64,000 nt of DNA from an uncultured Candidatus Saccharibacteria bacterium (GCA_964425445.1 CAYRLY010000001.1:5537-69536); one strand, 5' to 3'. Shown: positions 19,967-30,448, counted from the first letter of the stretch. Program-made: numbers and translations. Notes: generated by a model from the letters alone, not told the origin.

Positions 19967-20322
19967 AATGTTTCGAGCCGTTGGCGAGAAGCTTTTGGAA
20001 AGTTGTTCTAAGGTGATTAGATCCAAAAGTTTCTCGCCAAAAAATGCCAAAACAAAAACAGAAAGATCTGAAGAAAAATTGGCGAGGAACCTGGGGAAGG
20101 CAATCATAGAGTATGTCTCTTGATTGACTTCTATAAGTCAATTAAGGGATGCTACGAAGCGATTTCCAAGTCGTTTTCGCGACACCCCTCAAAGGCGTAA
20201 GTGACGCGACAGGGCAATAATTAAAAAATTTTGTTCCCTATAAGTCCGCAAATCCTTGCGCCTTTTTTAATTGATAAAAGTTCGACAGAAAAAATGTTCA
20301 CCTGTTATAATACAAAAGCTCA

Positions 20323-22218
20323 ATGAAAGATTTACTAAAAGATTTAAATAGTGCGCAGCAAGAAGCGGTCCGAACTACCGAAGGGCCGGTTTTAATTTTA
20401 GCTGGGGCAGGGAGCGGTAAAACTCGGGCATTGACTCACCGCTTGGCTTATCTAATTTCTGAGAAAAAAGTTTCCCCGACGAACATTTTGGCAGTTACTT
20501 TCACCAATAAAGCAGCGGGAGAAATGAAACAGCGGACAGAAGCGCTGCTAGCCGAAAGCCCTAAGTCGAAAGTCGAAAGTGCGAGGAGTATTCTTCCGTG
20601 GCTGGGAACCTTTCATTCAATTTGTGTAAAAATTCTGCGCCGAGAGGCAAAGCATATCGGTTACCCCTCAGGCTTTACGATTTATGATAGTCAGGATCAG
20701 CTTTCGGTTGTCAAGAAAATTATGCAAGATAAGGGGATCGACCCCAAACATTACAACCCAAATGCCGTTCTTCATTTCATTTCTGGGGCAAAAAACGAAT
20801 TTATCTCTCCTGAGGGTTACGAAAAGTATGTTAACTCGCCGTTCGAAGAAGTAGTCTCGACTGTCTATAAGGAATATCAAAAGTATCTTAAAACTGCTTT
20901 TGGTATGGATTTTGATGATCTTTTGGTTTTGTGTCTTAAACTTCTGACTGAGAACAACGAGATTTTGCAGAAATACCAGAATATTTTTAAATATATTCTG
21001 ATTGATGAATATCAGGACACAAATCACGTTCAATATCTTTGGGCGAAGTTGTTGTCAGAAAAGAGCAAGAATATTTGTGTTGTGGGTGATGATTCACAAT
21101 CAATTTACGGTTTTCGCGGGGCAAATTTTCGCAACATTCTCAATTTTGAGCGTGATTTTCCAGGGGCGAAAGTAATAAAACTAGAACAAAATTATCGCTC
21201 GACCGGTAATATTTTACGAGCAGCTGATGAACTCATCAAATATAATAAACAGAAGACTGAGAAGACTCTGTGGACCGAAAATCCAGTAGGATCTCCACTT
21301 CTTGTATACCAGGCGTTGAATGAAAAAGATGAAGCCGAATTTGTGGCGATGGAGACCAGGGGGCTGGCGGCAGTTTCGGGTAAATGGTCGGATTTTGCCG
21401 TCCTCTACCGTACCAACGCTCAATCGCGAGCAGTAGAGGAAGCTTTCATTCGCTTTGGCATTCCATACCGAGTAGTTGGTGGAATCCGTTTTTATGAGCG
21501 TAAAGAGATAAAAGATATCTTGGCTTATCTTAAATTAATTGCCAATCCTAATGATCGAGTATCTTTTGAGAGGATCGTAAACGTTCCAGCAAGAGGGATT
21601 GGATCAAAAACCCTGATAAAATATTTCTCTGGCCTATCCGGTCTAAACCCTGAAGTTCCGGAAAAGATTCAAAATTTTTTAGATATGGTACATCTTATCA
21701 GGGACAAGGCAAAAGAGCTTTCTGTGGCTGATCTGATAGATTTGATAGCAGAAAATAGCAGCTACAAGGAGTATATTTTGGATGGTACTCCGGAGGGCGA
21801 GGGGCGCTACGAAAACATCATGGAGTTAAAATCTGTTGCCGCATATAACGATGCCTTGAGCCTCGAAAAACCGCTAGAAAACTTTCTGGAAAAAGTCGCG
21901 CTGTATCAAGATGCCGATGATTATGATTCCAATTCAAACGTTGTTACTCTGATGACATTGCATGCTGCAAAAGGCTTGGAATTTAAAAATGTTTTTTTGG
22001 TTGGTGTCGAAGAGGGAATTTTACCACATTCTAGAAGTGTCGGAGATCAGAGTGAGGTAGAGGAAGAGAGACGACTTTGTTATGTAGGCCTCACCAGGGC
22101 GATGAAGAAGCTTTACATCTTATATGCCTCCGAGAGAATCTATTTCGGCAATCCGCAGATTAACCAGCCTTCGAGGTTTATTTGTGAAATACCCGACGAT
22201 GTCAAAAAAGAGTTATGA
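20323..22218 (+). CDS. pcrA: UvrD/PcrA DNA helicase
   Basis: LAGAGSGKT, IDEYQDTN, VGDDSQSIYGFRGA, LEQNYRS, EEERRLCYVG. Confidence 0.95.
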   Translation: MKDLLKDLNSAQQEAVRTTEGPVLILAGAGSGKTRALTHRLAYLISEKKVSPTNILAVTFTNKAAGEMKQRTEALLAESPKSKVESARSILPWLGTFHSICVKILRREAKHIGYPSGFTIYDSQDQLSVVKKIMQDKGIDPKHYNPNAVLHFISGAKNEFISPEGYEKYVNSPFEEVVSTVYKEYQKYLKTAFGMDFDDLLVLCLKLLTENNEILQKYQNIFKYILIDEYQDTNHVQYLWAKLLSEKSKNICVVGDDSQSIYGFRGANFRNILNFERDFPGAKVIKLEQNYRSTGNILRAADELIKYNKQKTEKTLWTENPVGSPLLVYQALNEKDEAEFVAMETRGLAAVSGKWSDFAVLYRTNAQSRAVEEAFIRFGIPYRVVGGIRFYERKEIKDILAYLKLIANPNDRVSFERIVNVPARGIGSKTLIKYFSGLSGLNPEVPEKIQNFLDMVHLIRDKAKELSVADLIDLIAENSSYKEYILDGTPEGEGRYENIMELKSVAAYNDALSLEKPLENFLEKVALYQDADDYDSNSNVVTLMTLHAAKGLEFKNVFLVGVEEGILPHSRSVGDQSEVEEERRLCYVGLTRAMKKLYILYASERIYFGNPQINQPSRFICEIPDDVKKEL

Positions 22219-22249
22219 TATAATGTTTGTTGCTGATTAAAATTTTCAA

Positions 22250-23227
22250 ATGAAAAATTTTTTTTACTCGCTGGTTTTGGTGTCAATTATTGTCCTCGGT
22301 GTCTCGACGACCAAAAATAGCTTTGCAGAAAGTGATTCTTTATCTTTGTCTCCGAACTATCCTTACAAAATTGTTGAAGTTCAACCAAGCGGGGAGACGG
22401 GCGACTTCTCCGGTGAGAGTTCAAATTTTGACCCAAGAAAAGTGGTCGCTGATTTAGGCCTAACTGTTTATCCGGAAGATCGGGTTTCGGCCTTTCCCGA
22501 TCCGAAGATTGGTATCGGTTCGGTTATCAATCTGGAACGAGCACCGGTTATAAAATTGCGCGATGGTAAGAAGGAATTAGAGCTGCGCAGCTGGGTTACA
22601 ACTGCTGGTGAGCTTTTGGCAGAAAAGGGAATCGAGCTTGGTCTTGATGATAAAACAAACTTTCGCTCTGATAGTAGAATCTATGACGGTATCGAATTAT
22701 CAATAATTCGAGTTGCTATTACGAAAGTGGTTGAAAGTGAGGCAATAAATTTTAAAACAATCAAAAAAGAGGATCCGAAGCTAGATAAGGGTAAAACTCG
22801 AGTTGAAACTGCCGGTGTAAAAGGGGAAAGAGAGCTAACATATCAGGTCACGAGAGAGGATGGAGTCGAAGTCTCTAGGGTACTCGTTGGTAATGAAGTG
22901 GTAAAGGAGCCGGTCAATCAAGTCGAGTATTACGGGACAAAGCCAGTGATCACGGTTCGATGTCGTTATAATGACACTGTTTTGGCTGCTTCGATAAAAT
23001 ACAAACAGGATCCGAACACAATTTGCAGTTTGATGATGAAAGAAAGCAATGGTAACCCGGGTAGCATCAATCCAAACGGTTATTATGGGCTTTTTCAGTA
23101 TGAGCTTGGCTTATGGACATCTGCCTCCTCAAAAGCTGGTTATAGCGGTGCCGATTGGAGCAACCCGACGGCGCAAATCTATACCACCTGTTATTTGTTC
23201 TCAATCGGTCAATCCTGGCGCTGGTAA
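22250..23227 (+). CDS. G5-domain protein with C-terminal lysozyme-like domain (RpfB/YabE-like)
   Basis: Signal peptide; G5-like TAGVKGERELTY..KEPVNQV; MMKESNGN..YYGLFQY; located upstream of rsmA. Confidence 0.75.
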   Translation: MKNFFYSLVLVSIIVLGVSTTKNSFAESDSLSLSPNYPYKIVEVQPSGETGDFSGESSNFDPRKVVADLGLTVYPEDRVSAFPDPKIGIGSVINLERAPVIKLRDGKKELELRSWVTTAGELLAEKGIELGLDDKTNFRSDSRIYDGIELSIIRVAITKVVESEAINFKTIKKEDPKLDKGKTRVETAGVKGERELTYQVTREDGVEVSRVLVGNEVVKEPVNQVEYYGTKPVITVRCRYNDTVLAASIKYKQDPNTICSLMMKESNGNPGSINPNGYYGLFQYELGLWTSASSKAGYSGADWSNPTAQIYTTCYLFSIGQSWRW

Positions 23228-23343
23228 ATTAGATAAATCTTAATTGATTAATTAGCTGTCGATCGCGTATAAGCGTTGACAGTCTTTTTTTAATCGTCTA
23301 AAATACTTATTTGGTGACAAGCATCAGCTGGAGGTGAAGAGTT

Positions 23344-23508
23344 TTGAGAAGGCCACATTCAGGCGAGCAGAGGGACATCGAAGATGATATGCGGTTGGAG
23401 TCACTGGCCGCTAATGGCGGTGATCAGCTAGCCTTGCAGGTATTGCAGGCTGATCGTGTCCGAGCTCCCCAACAGGAAGCTCAATCGAGTCGAGACCGGG
23501 CCAAATAG
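23344..23508 (+). CDS. Small 54-aa protein missing from the ORF track
   Basis: TTGACA-17-TAAAAT (23276-23304), SD GGAGGT, TTG start, terminator 23493-23525. Confidence 0.55.
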   Translation: MRRPHSGEQRDIEDDMRLESLAANGGDQLALQVLQADRVRAPQQEAQSSRDRAK

Positions 23509-23563
23509 GTGCCGGTCTTTTTTTAATTGATAAATAATTACTAAAAAGCTAAATTAGATACAT

Positions 23564-24406
23564 ATGAATAGACAAGAGCTGATAGATTATTTGCGCGCAA
23601 ACCAGATCTGGGCCAAAAGAACCATGGGTCAGAATTTTTTGGTTGATGAGCAAGCGCTGGCGCAAATAGTTGCTGCTGCTGATATTCAGTCTACAGATAC
23701 AATTGTTGAGATCGGCCCTGGCCTGGGGGTATTAACAGCGGAATTATCTAAACGTGCTGGTAAAGTGATCGCGATTGAAAAAGATGACAAATTTGCTGAT
23801 GTTTTAAAAACTCAATATTTAAATTCAAATGTCGAGATAGTTCATCAGGATGCATTGAACTTTGAACCTAACACTTATGGACTCATAGCCGAGAGCTATA
23901 AACTAGTTGCAAATATTCCATATAATATTACCTCTTTAATTATTCGAAAATTTTTGGAGGAAGAGGATAAGCCGGAGATGATGATTTTATTAGTCCAGAA
24001 GGAAGTCGCCGAAAGAATTATCGCGGAACCGGGTGATATGTCGCTTCTCGCTGTGTCTGTTCAATTCTATGCAGAGGTAAAGATTGTAGCAATTGTACCC
24101 AAGGAATCGTTTTTTCCTATTCCGAAGGTCGATTCGGCGATTATTAAGCTGAAAGTCAAAAGCCAAAAGCACAAAGTACAAAGCAGGGAATTTTTTCGAA
24201 TCGTGAAGTTTGGTTTTGCCGCCAAGAGGAAAACTCTGGAAAATAATTTATCTGCTGGCATGCATATTAAAAAGGATGATGCCCGTGATATAATTAAAAA
24301 AGCTGGTTTTGCTCCGAATATCAGAGCTGAAGGCTTAAGTGTTTTAGATTGGTTAAAATTATTTGAAACTTTGAAGGAGGGGAAAAGTGGACAAAAGAAA
24401 GTATGA
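23564..24406 (+). CDS. rsmA: 16S rRNA m6,2A dimethyltransferase KsgA
   Basis: MGQNFL, VEIGPGLG, VANIPYNIT, FFPIPKVDS. Confidence 0.97.
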   Translation: MNRQELIDYLRANQIWAKRTMGQNFLVDEQALAQIVAAADIQSTDTIVEIGPGLGVLTAELSKRAGKVIAIEKDDKFADVLKTQYLNSNVEIVHQDALNFEPNTYGLIAESYKLVANIPYNITSLIIRKFLEEEDKPEMMILLVQKEVAERIIAEPGDMSLLAVSVQFYAEVKIVAIVPKESFFPIPKVDSAIIKLKVKSQKHKVQSREFFRIVKFGFAAKRKTLENNLSAGMHIKKDDARDIIKKAGFAPNIRAEGLSVLDWLKLFETLKEGKSGQKKV

Positions 24407-25829
24407 AAGCTTCGATGAGAAAATTAGCATCGAAGACCGGCCCGATAAAAAGACGGAAACAACAATAATTGAAAGAGTTGTTGAAACTCCGGCCAAAGTC
24501 TTGGACGAAACGATTGAAATAACCAAAACGGTTGAAAAAGCCATAACCGACAATACTTCGACTAAAAAAGCCAAAGAATATTGGGAGATACTTGGACCGG
24601 GTTTGACCACCGGTGCTTCCGATAATGACCCTTCGGGAGTCGCTACTTATTCTCAAACCGGCGCTGTTTACGGATACAAGTTTCTTTGGCTGTCTCCTCT
24701 GGCTTTTCCTTTGATGGCTACCATTTCGGAGATGTGTGCCAGAATCGGTTTGGTTACCGGCCGCGGTTTGGCGGCGAATATAAGACAATTCTTTCCTCGT
24801 TGGATATTAATTTTGTGCACGATTCTTTTATTTGTTGCTAACACTTTTAATATTGGAGCCGATCTTGGAGCGATGTCGGAGGCGGTTAGGCTTTTCCGTC
24901 CGGAATGGAACTATTTTAATTTGATAATCATTTTTGCGTTGGCAATAATGCTTTTGCAAATCTTTACCAGCTATAAAAAATATGCCAGCTATTTGAAGTG
25001 GATGTCTTTAGTGCTTCTAACCTATATTTTTTCCACTCTGATGATTGACGGTCTCCCGTGGAGATTGATCGGAATTTCGGCAATCACGCCGTCTTTTGGT
25101 TTTAGTCGTGATGAAATTTTTATTGTCACCGGTGTCTTGGGGACAACAATTTCACCGTATTTGTTTTTTTGGCAGACCTCTCAAGAAGTTGAAGCTGATA
25201 TTGAGCGTGGCTATGAAACTGTCGTCATGCGCCAAGAGGCGGTTAACAATAAGCAAATAAACGATATGAGGGTTGATGTTTGGTCGGGAATGTTTCTGGC
25301 TCACTTGGTGATGTTTTTTATTATCACCGCCTGTGGAGCAACTCTAAATACCATCGGAATCACTAATATCTCTTCGGCCGCGGAAGCCGCCAGCGCCCTT
25401 CGGCCGTTTGCCGGTGATTATTCCTATTTTTTATTTGCTCTCGGAATTATCGGGACGGGAGCCTTGGCGATACCGGTTTTGGCTGGCGCTTCGTCTTATG
25501 CTCTTGCCGAAACTTTCGGTTGGAAACAGGGGCTTCGCTATAAACTTCGCCAGGCTTATTCTTTTTACGGGATAGTGATAATTTCCATGGTGATCGGAGT
25601 ATTGATTAACGTGATCGGCCTCGACCCGATAAAGGCTTTAATCTATTCGGCGGTTTTAAACGGTTTGGTTGCGCCGATAATTTTAATTCTAATTCTGATT
25701 TTAGCTTCAAACGGGAGATTAATGGGTAAATACAAAAATGGCATTTGGTCAAAAATCATCGGTTTGGCGACCGTTGTTCTTATGATACTAGCCGGAGCGG
25801 CCACCGTTTGGCTATTAATTTTTGGGTAA
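24387..25829 (+). CDS. NRAMP-family divalent metal transporter
   Basis: LGPGLTTGASDNDPSG, GTTISPYLFFWQ; about 11 TM helices. Confidence 0.88.
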   Translation: MDKRKYESFDEKISIEDRPDKKTETTIIERVVETPAKVLDETIEITKTVEKAITDNTSTKKAKEYWEILGPGLTTGASDNDPSGVATYSQTGAVYGYKFLWLSPLAFPLMATISEMCARIGLVTGRGLAANIRQFFPRWILILCTILLFVANTFNIGADLGAMSEAVRLFRPEWNYFNLIIIFALAIMLLQIFTSYKKYASYLKWMSLVLLTYIFSTLMIDGLPWRLIGISAITPSFGFSRDEIFIVTGVLGTTISPYLFFWQTSQEVEADIERGYETVVMRQEAVNNKQINDMRVDVWSGMFLAHLVMFFIITACGATLNTIGITNISSAAEAASALRPFAGDYSYFLFALGIIGTGALAIPVLAGASSYALAETFGWKQGLRYKLRQAYSFYGIVIISMVIGVLINVIGLDPIKALIYSAVLNGLVAPIILILILILASNGRLMGKYKNGIWSKIIGLATVVLMILAGAATVWLLIFG

Positions 25830-25840
25830 AAAAACCGAGC

Positions 25841-26167
25841 CTAGGGCTCGGGTGGGTGCGTTTTCGACTCCTTGCAGAGCTCGATGTAATGCCTCGCAGC
25901 ATCAGTCCGGTGGTAGTGGGCTGCCTCACCGCTTAGGTGGGCGATCACTCGGTTGTTCTGAATGATCTTCGGCAGTTCGCCGTCTCTCACGGTTAGGTCG
26001 ATCGTCGTTCCTTGTAGATCGGGAAACTCAAGCATCCTGGTTTCGATCACCCTGAACTCGATGATCAGGGCGAGCATGTTGTCTTGGTCTGCTTCTGCGA
26101 GAAAGACAATCCGCCCCATATCTTCTCGCTCTGGGCTGTAGACAGCGGTCCGGGCTGCAATCTGCAT
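25841..26167 (-). CDS. Hypothetical protein (GC-rich solitary gene)
   Basis: SD AAGGAGGT before ATG 26167; TATGCT -10; stop codon inside hairpin 25835-25851. Confidence 0.6.
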   Translation of the reverse strand: MQIAARTAVYSPEREDMGRIVFLAEADQDNMLALIIEFRVIETRMLEFPDLQGTTIDLTVRDGELPKIIQNNRVIAHLSGEAAHYHRTDAARHYIELCKESKTHPPEP

Positions 26168-26232
26168 CCTGACCACCTCCTTATAGGCCGAGAATAGCAT
26201 AATGAGTAGATTTTTGCTACAATTTCTTCACA

Positions 26233-26907
26233 ATGAGTAATGGTAAAATATATTTTATTGCCACTCCGATAGGTAACCTCGGTGACATATCAGAGAGAAC
26301 CAGAGAAGTTCTTTTATCTGTGGATTTGGTTGTTTGTGAAGACACTCGTGTTAGTGGCCGTCTTTTAAAACATTTGAAATTAAAAAAGTCGTTACTTTCT
26401 CTGCACCAACACTCTGATGACGGAAAGATAAACCATATAATTCATGAAACAGAAATTGGAAAAAACATTGCATATCTATCAGATTCCGGTACTCCGGGAA
26501 TCTCTGATCCTGGGCAGAAATTAGCCCGTGTTGCTCGTGATCTCGGGGTAGAAATAATTCCAATACCCGGACCGTCAGCGCTAGCAGCGGCAATATCGGT
26601 ATCTGGCATGATCGAGAAAGAGTTCTATTTTGCCGGTTTTTTGCCAAAAAAGAAGGGGCGGGAAACGAAGTTCAAGGAGTTGGCAATGCTTAATATTCCG
26701 ATAATAATATATGAAGCTGCACCAAGAATCGAGAAAACATTGACGGGAATTTTGCGGTTTTTTGGTCCGAATATGGAGGTTTTTCTTGCTCGGGAGATAA
26801 GTAAAAAATTTGAAGAGTATTGGGGTGGTGAAATTGAAGTTGTAATTAATAGTTTAAGTACCCACATAATTAAGGGGGAATTCACCCTAATTATTAGTAA
26901 AAAATAA
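26233..26907 (+). CDS. rsmI: 16S rRNA C1402 2'-O-methyltransferase
   Basis: ATPIGNLGDIS, CEDTR, SDSGTPGISDPG, REISKKFEE. Confidence 0.95.
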   Translation: MSNGKIYFIATPIGNLGDISERTREVLLSVDLVVCEDTRVSGRLLKHLKLKKSLLSLHQHSDDGKINHIIHETEIGKNIAYLSDSGTPGISDPGQKLARVARDLGVEIIPIPGPSALAAAISVSGMIEKEFYFAGFLPKKKGRETKFKELAMLNIPIIIYEAAPRIEKTLTGILRFFGPNMEVFLAREISKKFEEYWGGEIEVVINSLSTHIIKGEFTLIISKK

Positions 26908-27014
26908 TATTTTTTGAAATTACCCTTTACCCATCGGCGCCTCAGGCGCTTGTTTTTGTGTTGAAAATGGGGTTTAGTTAAATTAGTTCCCACTCTGTTT
27001 CGGAGGCGATCACC

Positions 27015-27626
27015 GTGAGAATCAGCTGCGCTTTGTGGGTTTTAGCTATTGCGGCGGTTTCCTCCGCTGCTGATAGTCAAGTGGAGTTTCGGGGTGAGTA
27101 CTTCTTCAATCGTGATAGTTTCGACTTCTTTGAGCTCACTAATGAGCATTGGCCGGCGACGATCGAAATGCGGTTTTGCTCGCCTGATTCCGGGGGGAAG
27201 AACCGGCTTGGTCTCGCCTTTTCTTTGGGGTCAACACCAAAGATACATGAGAAACTGCGATTGGGATTGGCTTTTGACATCGACCCCAGAACGGTTGACC
27301 CGCTAAACCCTCATCGGGTGGATCGGGACAACCGATTCTACATCTATGGGAGATCAGAGTTTGATTGGGCTACCTTTCATCTCCTCTACCCGTTAGCCCA
27401 GAACTCCAAAGGACATGATTGGCATTGGCGGGTCGAGATTGATGACCTTCGGTACCCGATTCTGTCATCCGGTGACTTTGTTTCCAGTGCTATTGCTGAT
27501 GCCAGCTACAGCCCGGATCCTGATCTTGGGCTCGATTACAACTGCGGTTTGCGTTTCCAATACAAAGAGTATTGGATTGATGCAACTACCGAATGTTTCT
27601 CGGTTGGTGCCACGATTATCAGGTAA
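27015..27626 (+). CDS. Secreted, aromatic and beta-rich hypothetical protein (GC-rich solitary gene)
   Basis: SD GGAGG, signal peptide, terminator hairpin 27635-27662. Confidence 0.6.
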   Translation: MRISCALWVLAIAAVSSAADSQVEFRGEYFFNRDSFDFFELTNEHWPATIEMRFCSPDSGGKNRLGLAFSLGSTPKIHEKLRLGLAFDIDPRTVDPLNPHRVDRDNRFYIYGRSEFDWATFHLLYPLAQNSKGHDWHWRVEIDDLRYPILSSGDFVSSAIADASYSPDPDLGLDYNCGLRFQYKEYWIDATTECFSVGATIIR

Positions 27627-27716
27627 TTCTCACCGCGCCCGCACCATGCAGGCGCTTTTTTTCATGAAAAAAAGCGCCTTGATACTGCTCCAAGGCGCAC
27701 GGCTTAGGGGTGATGT

Positions 27717-28028
27717 TCAGATAGGATACTCGAAGTGTATGAGGTTGGTTCTCCCTCCCTCACAATCTTCTCGACATATCCTCATGCCGATTCCCAAAAT
27801 CGGCTTTTCATACTCGGCGATGCGGGATGCCACCAGCCTCAATCTCGCTTCCTGAAAGCTGGGGTTGATTTTGATCTCCTCCCCGAGCCATCCGGGATCG
27901 CCGACGTCAATAAGGATCTGGATTCTTTCTATGTCTCTTGTCGACGTTGCCTCCAGTTCATAGAACAGTAGCTCGATTTTCCCAAATATGACTTGGCGAC
28001 GAGTGATCTGCTTAAGCACGAACATCAC
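27717..28028 (-). CDS. Hypothetical protein (GC-rich solitary gene)
   Basis: SD GGAGGT (true start possibly GTG 28019); TATGCT -10; terminator 27667-27698. Confidence 0.55.
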   Translation of the reverse strand: MMFVLKQITRRQVIFGKIELLFYELEATSTRDIERIQILIDVGDPGWLGEEIKINPSFQEARLRLVASRIAEYEKPILGIGMRICREDCEGGRTNLIHFEYPI

Positions 28029-28150
28029 CTCCAGATAGAAGCATACCGATTAGCCTTTTAAATATGACATATATTAATTAATACGTCAATAATTGTTAGA
28101 GCGCCTTTCTTTTGCTATTCTAGAATAAAGACAGGTTTTAAATATTTTTT

Positions 28151-29590
28151 ATGAAAAAAGTTTTTTACATCACAACCCCGATTTATTACATTAATGATGT
28201 ACCTCACATCGGTCATGCTTACACAACAGTTGCCGCTGACGTTCTTGCTCGTTATTACCGAGGCAAGGGAGAAGATGTCTTTTTTTTGACTGGTGTTGAC
28301 GAACACGGCGCGAAAATTTCCGAAGCGGCGAAGAAGGCCGGGTTGGAGCCAAAAGATTTTGCAGATACATTGGTGCCAAGATTTCAAGAAGCGTGGAAGA
28401 ATTTAAATATCGAATATTCGGAATTTTTTCGAACGACTGACCCGAAACACGAAGAAATTGTCAAAAAACTGATACTTGACCTCAAAGAGCGCGGTTACGT
28501 TGAAAAGAAAAAATATACAGGCCTTTATTGTACGGCCTGTGAAAAATTTCTGTTGCCAGATGAGCTCAAGGACGGGAAATGCCCGGATCATGGAACCGAA
28601 CCGGAGAAACATTCTGAAGAGAATTATTTCTTTCTGCTCTCAAAACTTACCGATAAATTATTGAAGGTCGTTGAATCCGGAGAGGTTGCAGTTTTACCAC
28701 AGTCACGTAAAAACGAGGTAATCGGAAAAATTAAATCCGGGCTTGAAGATGTTTCAATCTCGCGCGAAAAAGTTGAATGGGGGATACCGTTTCCGGGTGA
28801 TGATTCACAGACAATTTATGTTTGGATTGATGCGCTGATAAATTATTGGTCTGCGACCAAAATTTATCAAGTCGAAAGTCGCAAGTCGAAAGTCGCAAGT
28901 GATGGAATCTGGCCGCCGGACATTCATCTAATGGCCAAAGATATACTTTGGTTTCACGCAATCATTTGGCCGGCGATGCTGCTGGCGCTAGATATACCTC
29001 TACCCAAAAAAGTTTTTGCTCACGGATTTTTCACCGTTGGCGGGCAGAAGATGAGTAAAACTCGTGGCAATGTGCTTGACCCGAATAAATTGGTTGAGAA
29101 ATTTGGAGCTGACGCCGTTCGCTATGCTCTACTGCGCGAATTTCCTTTCGGCGAGGACGGCGATATTTCCGAAGAGAAAATTGCTCATCGTTATCAATCC
29201 GAGCTTTCAAATGGGTTAGGGAACCTGGTACAGAGAACAATAAGTATGGTTAATAAATACAATGTCGAAATCCGAAATCCGAATGACGAAAAAAATCCGA
29301 AATCCGAACTGGGAAAAATCGGGAAACTTGTTGAAGAATTGAAATTTGATCAAGCATTGCAAGAAGTTAATAGTGAAATTACAAGGTTAAATCAATATAT
29401 TGAAGAAAATAAACCCTGGGAACTGGCAAAGAAAAGCAAAGATGAACTTGTTTTAATTTTGACTAAAGTGTATCAAGCATTGGAATCTTTGGTCTTGCCA
29501 TTGTCGATATTTATGCCGCAGACGGCGGAGAAGATGAAAAAACAACTCGAAGTTCTTGAACCAGAGCCTTTGTTTCCAAGAATAGACTAA
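28151..29590 (+). CDS. metG: Methionine-tRNA ligase, short form
   Basis: YITTPIYY, HIGH, YVWIDAL, KMSKT. Confidence 0.97.
   Translation: MKKVFYITTPIYYINDVPHIGHAYTTVAADVLARYYRGKGEDVFFLTGVDEHGAKISEAAKKAGLEPKDFADTLVPRFQEAWKNLNIEYSEFFRTTDPKHEEIVKKLILDLKERGYVEKKKYTGLYCTACEKFLLPDELKDGKCPDHGTEPEKHSEENYFFLLSKLTDKLLKVVESGEVAVLPQSRKNEVIGKIKSGLEDVSISREKVEWGIPFPGDDSQTIYVWIDALINYWSATKIYQVESRKSKVASDGIWPPDIHLMAKDILWFHAIIWPAMLLALDIPLPKKVFAHGFFTVGGQKMSKTRGNVLDPNKLVEKFGADAVRYALLREFPFGEDGDISEEKIAHRYQSELSNGLGNLVQRTISMVNKYNVEIRNPNDEKNPKSELGKIGKLVEELKFDQALQEVNSEITRLNQYIEENKPWELAKKSKDELVLILTKVYQALESLVLPLSIFMPQTAEKMKKQLEVLEPEPLFPRID
28868..28902 (+). repeat. Heptamer tract, MAAGTCG type, in frame in metG
   Basis: CAAGTCG AAAGTCG CAAGTCG AAAGTCG CAAGTGA. 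Confidence 0.9.
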
Positions 29591-29605
29591 ATTAATCGGA
29601 GGGCT

Positions 29606-30445
29606 ATGACTTTAGCTTTAATCGCTGCTATTGGTTATGCCGGCGGGATTGTTGTTGACAAGATCATACTTTCGCGATATCGGATCCCGGTTAAGCGTTT
29701 TGTCCCATTGCTTTTTATCTGGTTAGCGACAATCACTGCTTTTTTATTGCCAAAGTTTGGTGTTGTTGATTGGTCGGTTTTTGGAACAACGAAATATCTG
29801 CTTTTATTCTTAGCGATGTTTGCGGTAGCTATAACATGGAACTCTTTCTATTATCGAGGAATTCAAAACGAAGAGATTCATGAATTTGAGCTGGTGATGT
29901 TGTTGTCCCCACTGGTTACGATTGTTCTTTCGGAGATTTTTCTGCCAAGCGAGCGAAATATCGAGTTATTTATTGCCGGTGCTGTCGCTTCTATTGCACT
30001 TATTCTTTCTCGATTTAAACATCATCATCTGCAGATAACGAAGAACACTAGTATAATTTTTATCGCCATGTTCTTTATGTCTGCCGAGTCGATAATCATT
30101 AAAATGTTGCTTGATGTATTCTCGCCCGTTGCGCTCTATTTTATCCGGACTGCAATCATGGCAGTGATTTTTCTCATAATTTGGCGACCTAAGTTGCTCT
30201 CTGTGCCGGCCCGATGCTTCGCTTATACCATAATCTCTGCCGTTTTTGGTGTAATCCAAATGGTATTAAAGTTCTATGGTTTTGCCAAACTTGGCGTTGT
30301 TGAAACAACGATAATCTTGGTGCTTGGACCGTTTTTGGTTTACTTTTTCTCCGCCTTTTATTTTAAAGAGAATTTGAAAAAGCGTGATATAATTGCAGCA
30401 CTGATAGTTATCGCTAGCGTTTTATATGTAACTCTATTTAGGTAA
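29606..30445 (+). CDS. EamA/DMT family transporter
   Basis: About 10 TM helices in two repeats, FKENL motif. Confidence 0.75.
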   Translation: MTLALIAAIGYAGGIVVDKIILSRYRIPVKRFVPLLFIWLATITAFLLPKFGVVDWSVFGTTKYLLLFLAMFAVAITWNSFYYRGIQNEEIHEFELVMLLSPLVTIVLSEIFLPSERNIELFIAGAVASIALILSRFKHHHLQITKNTSIIFIAMFFMSAESIIIKMLLDVFSPVALYFIRTAIMAVIFLIIWRPKLLSVPARCFAYTIISAVFGVIQMVLKFYGFAKLGVVETTIILVLGPFLVYFFSAFYFKENLKKRDIIAALIVIASVLYVTLFR

Positions 30446-30448
30446 ATT

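Noticed and set aside
19700-20320. Replication origin in the long intergenic region
   Set aside because: I saw no TTATCCACA-type DnaA box cluster and there is no dnaA or dnaN nearby.
23865-23906. Additional heptamer tract in rsmA (EPNTYGLIAESYKL)
   Set aside because: The periodicity is too degenerate to assert by eye, so it is not counted.
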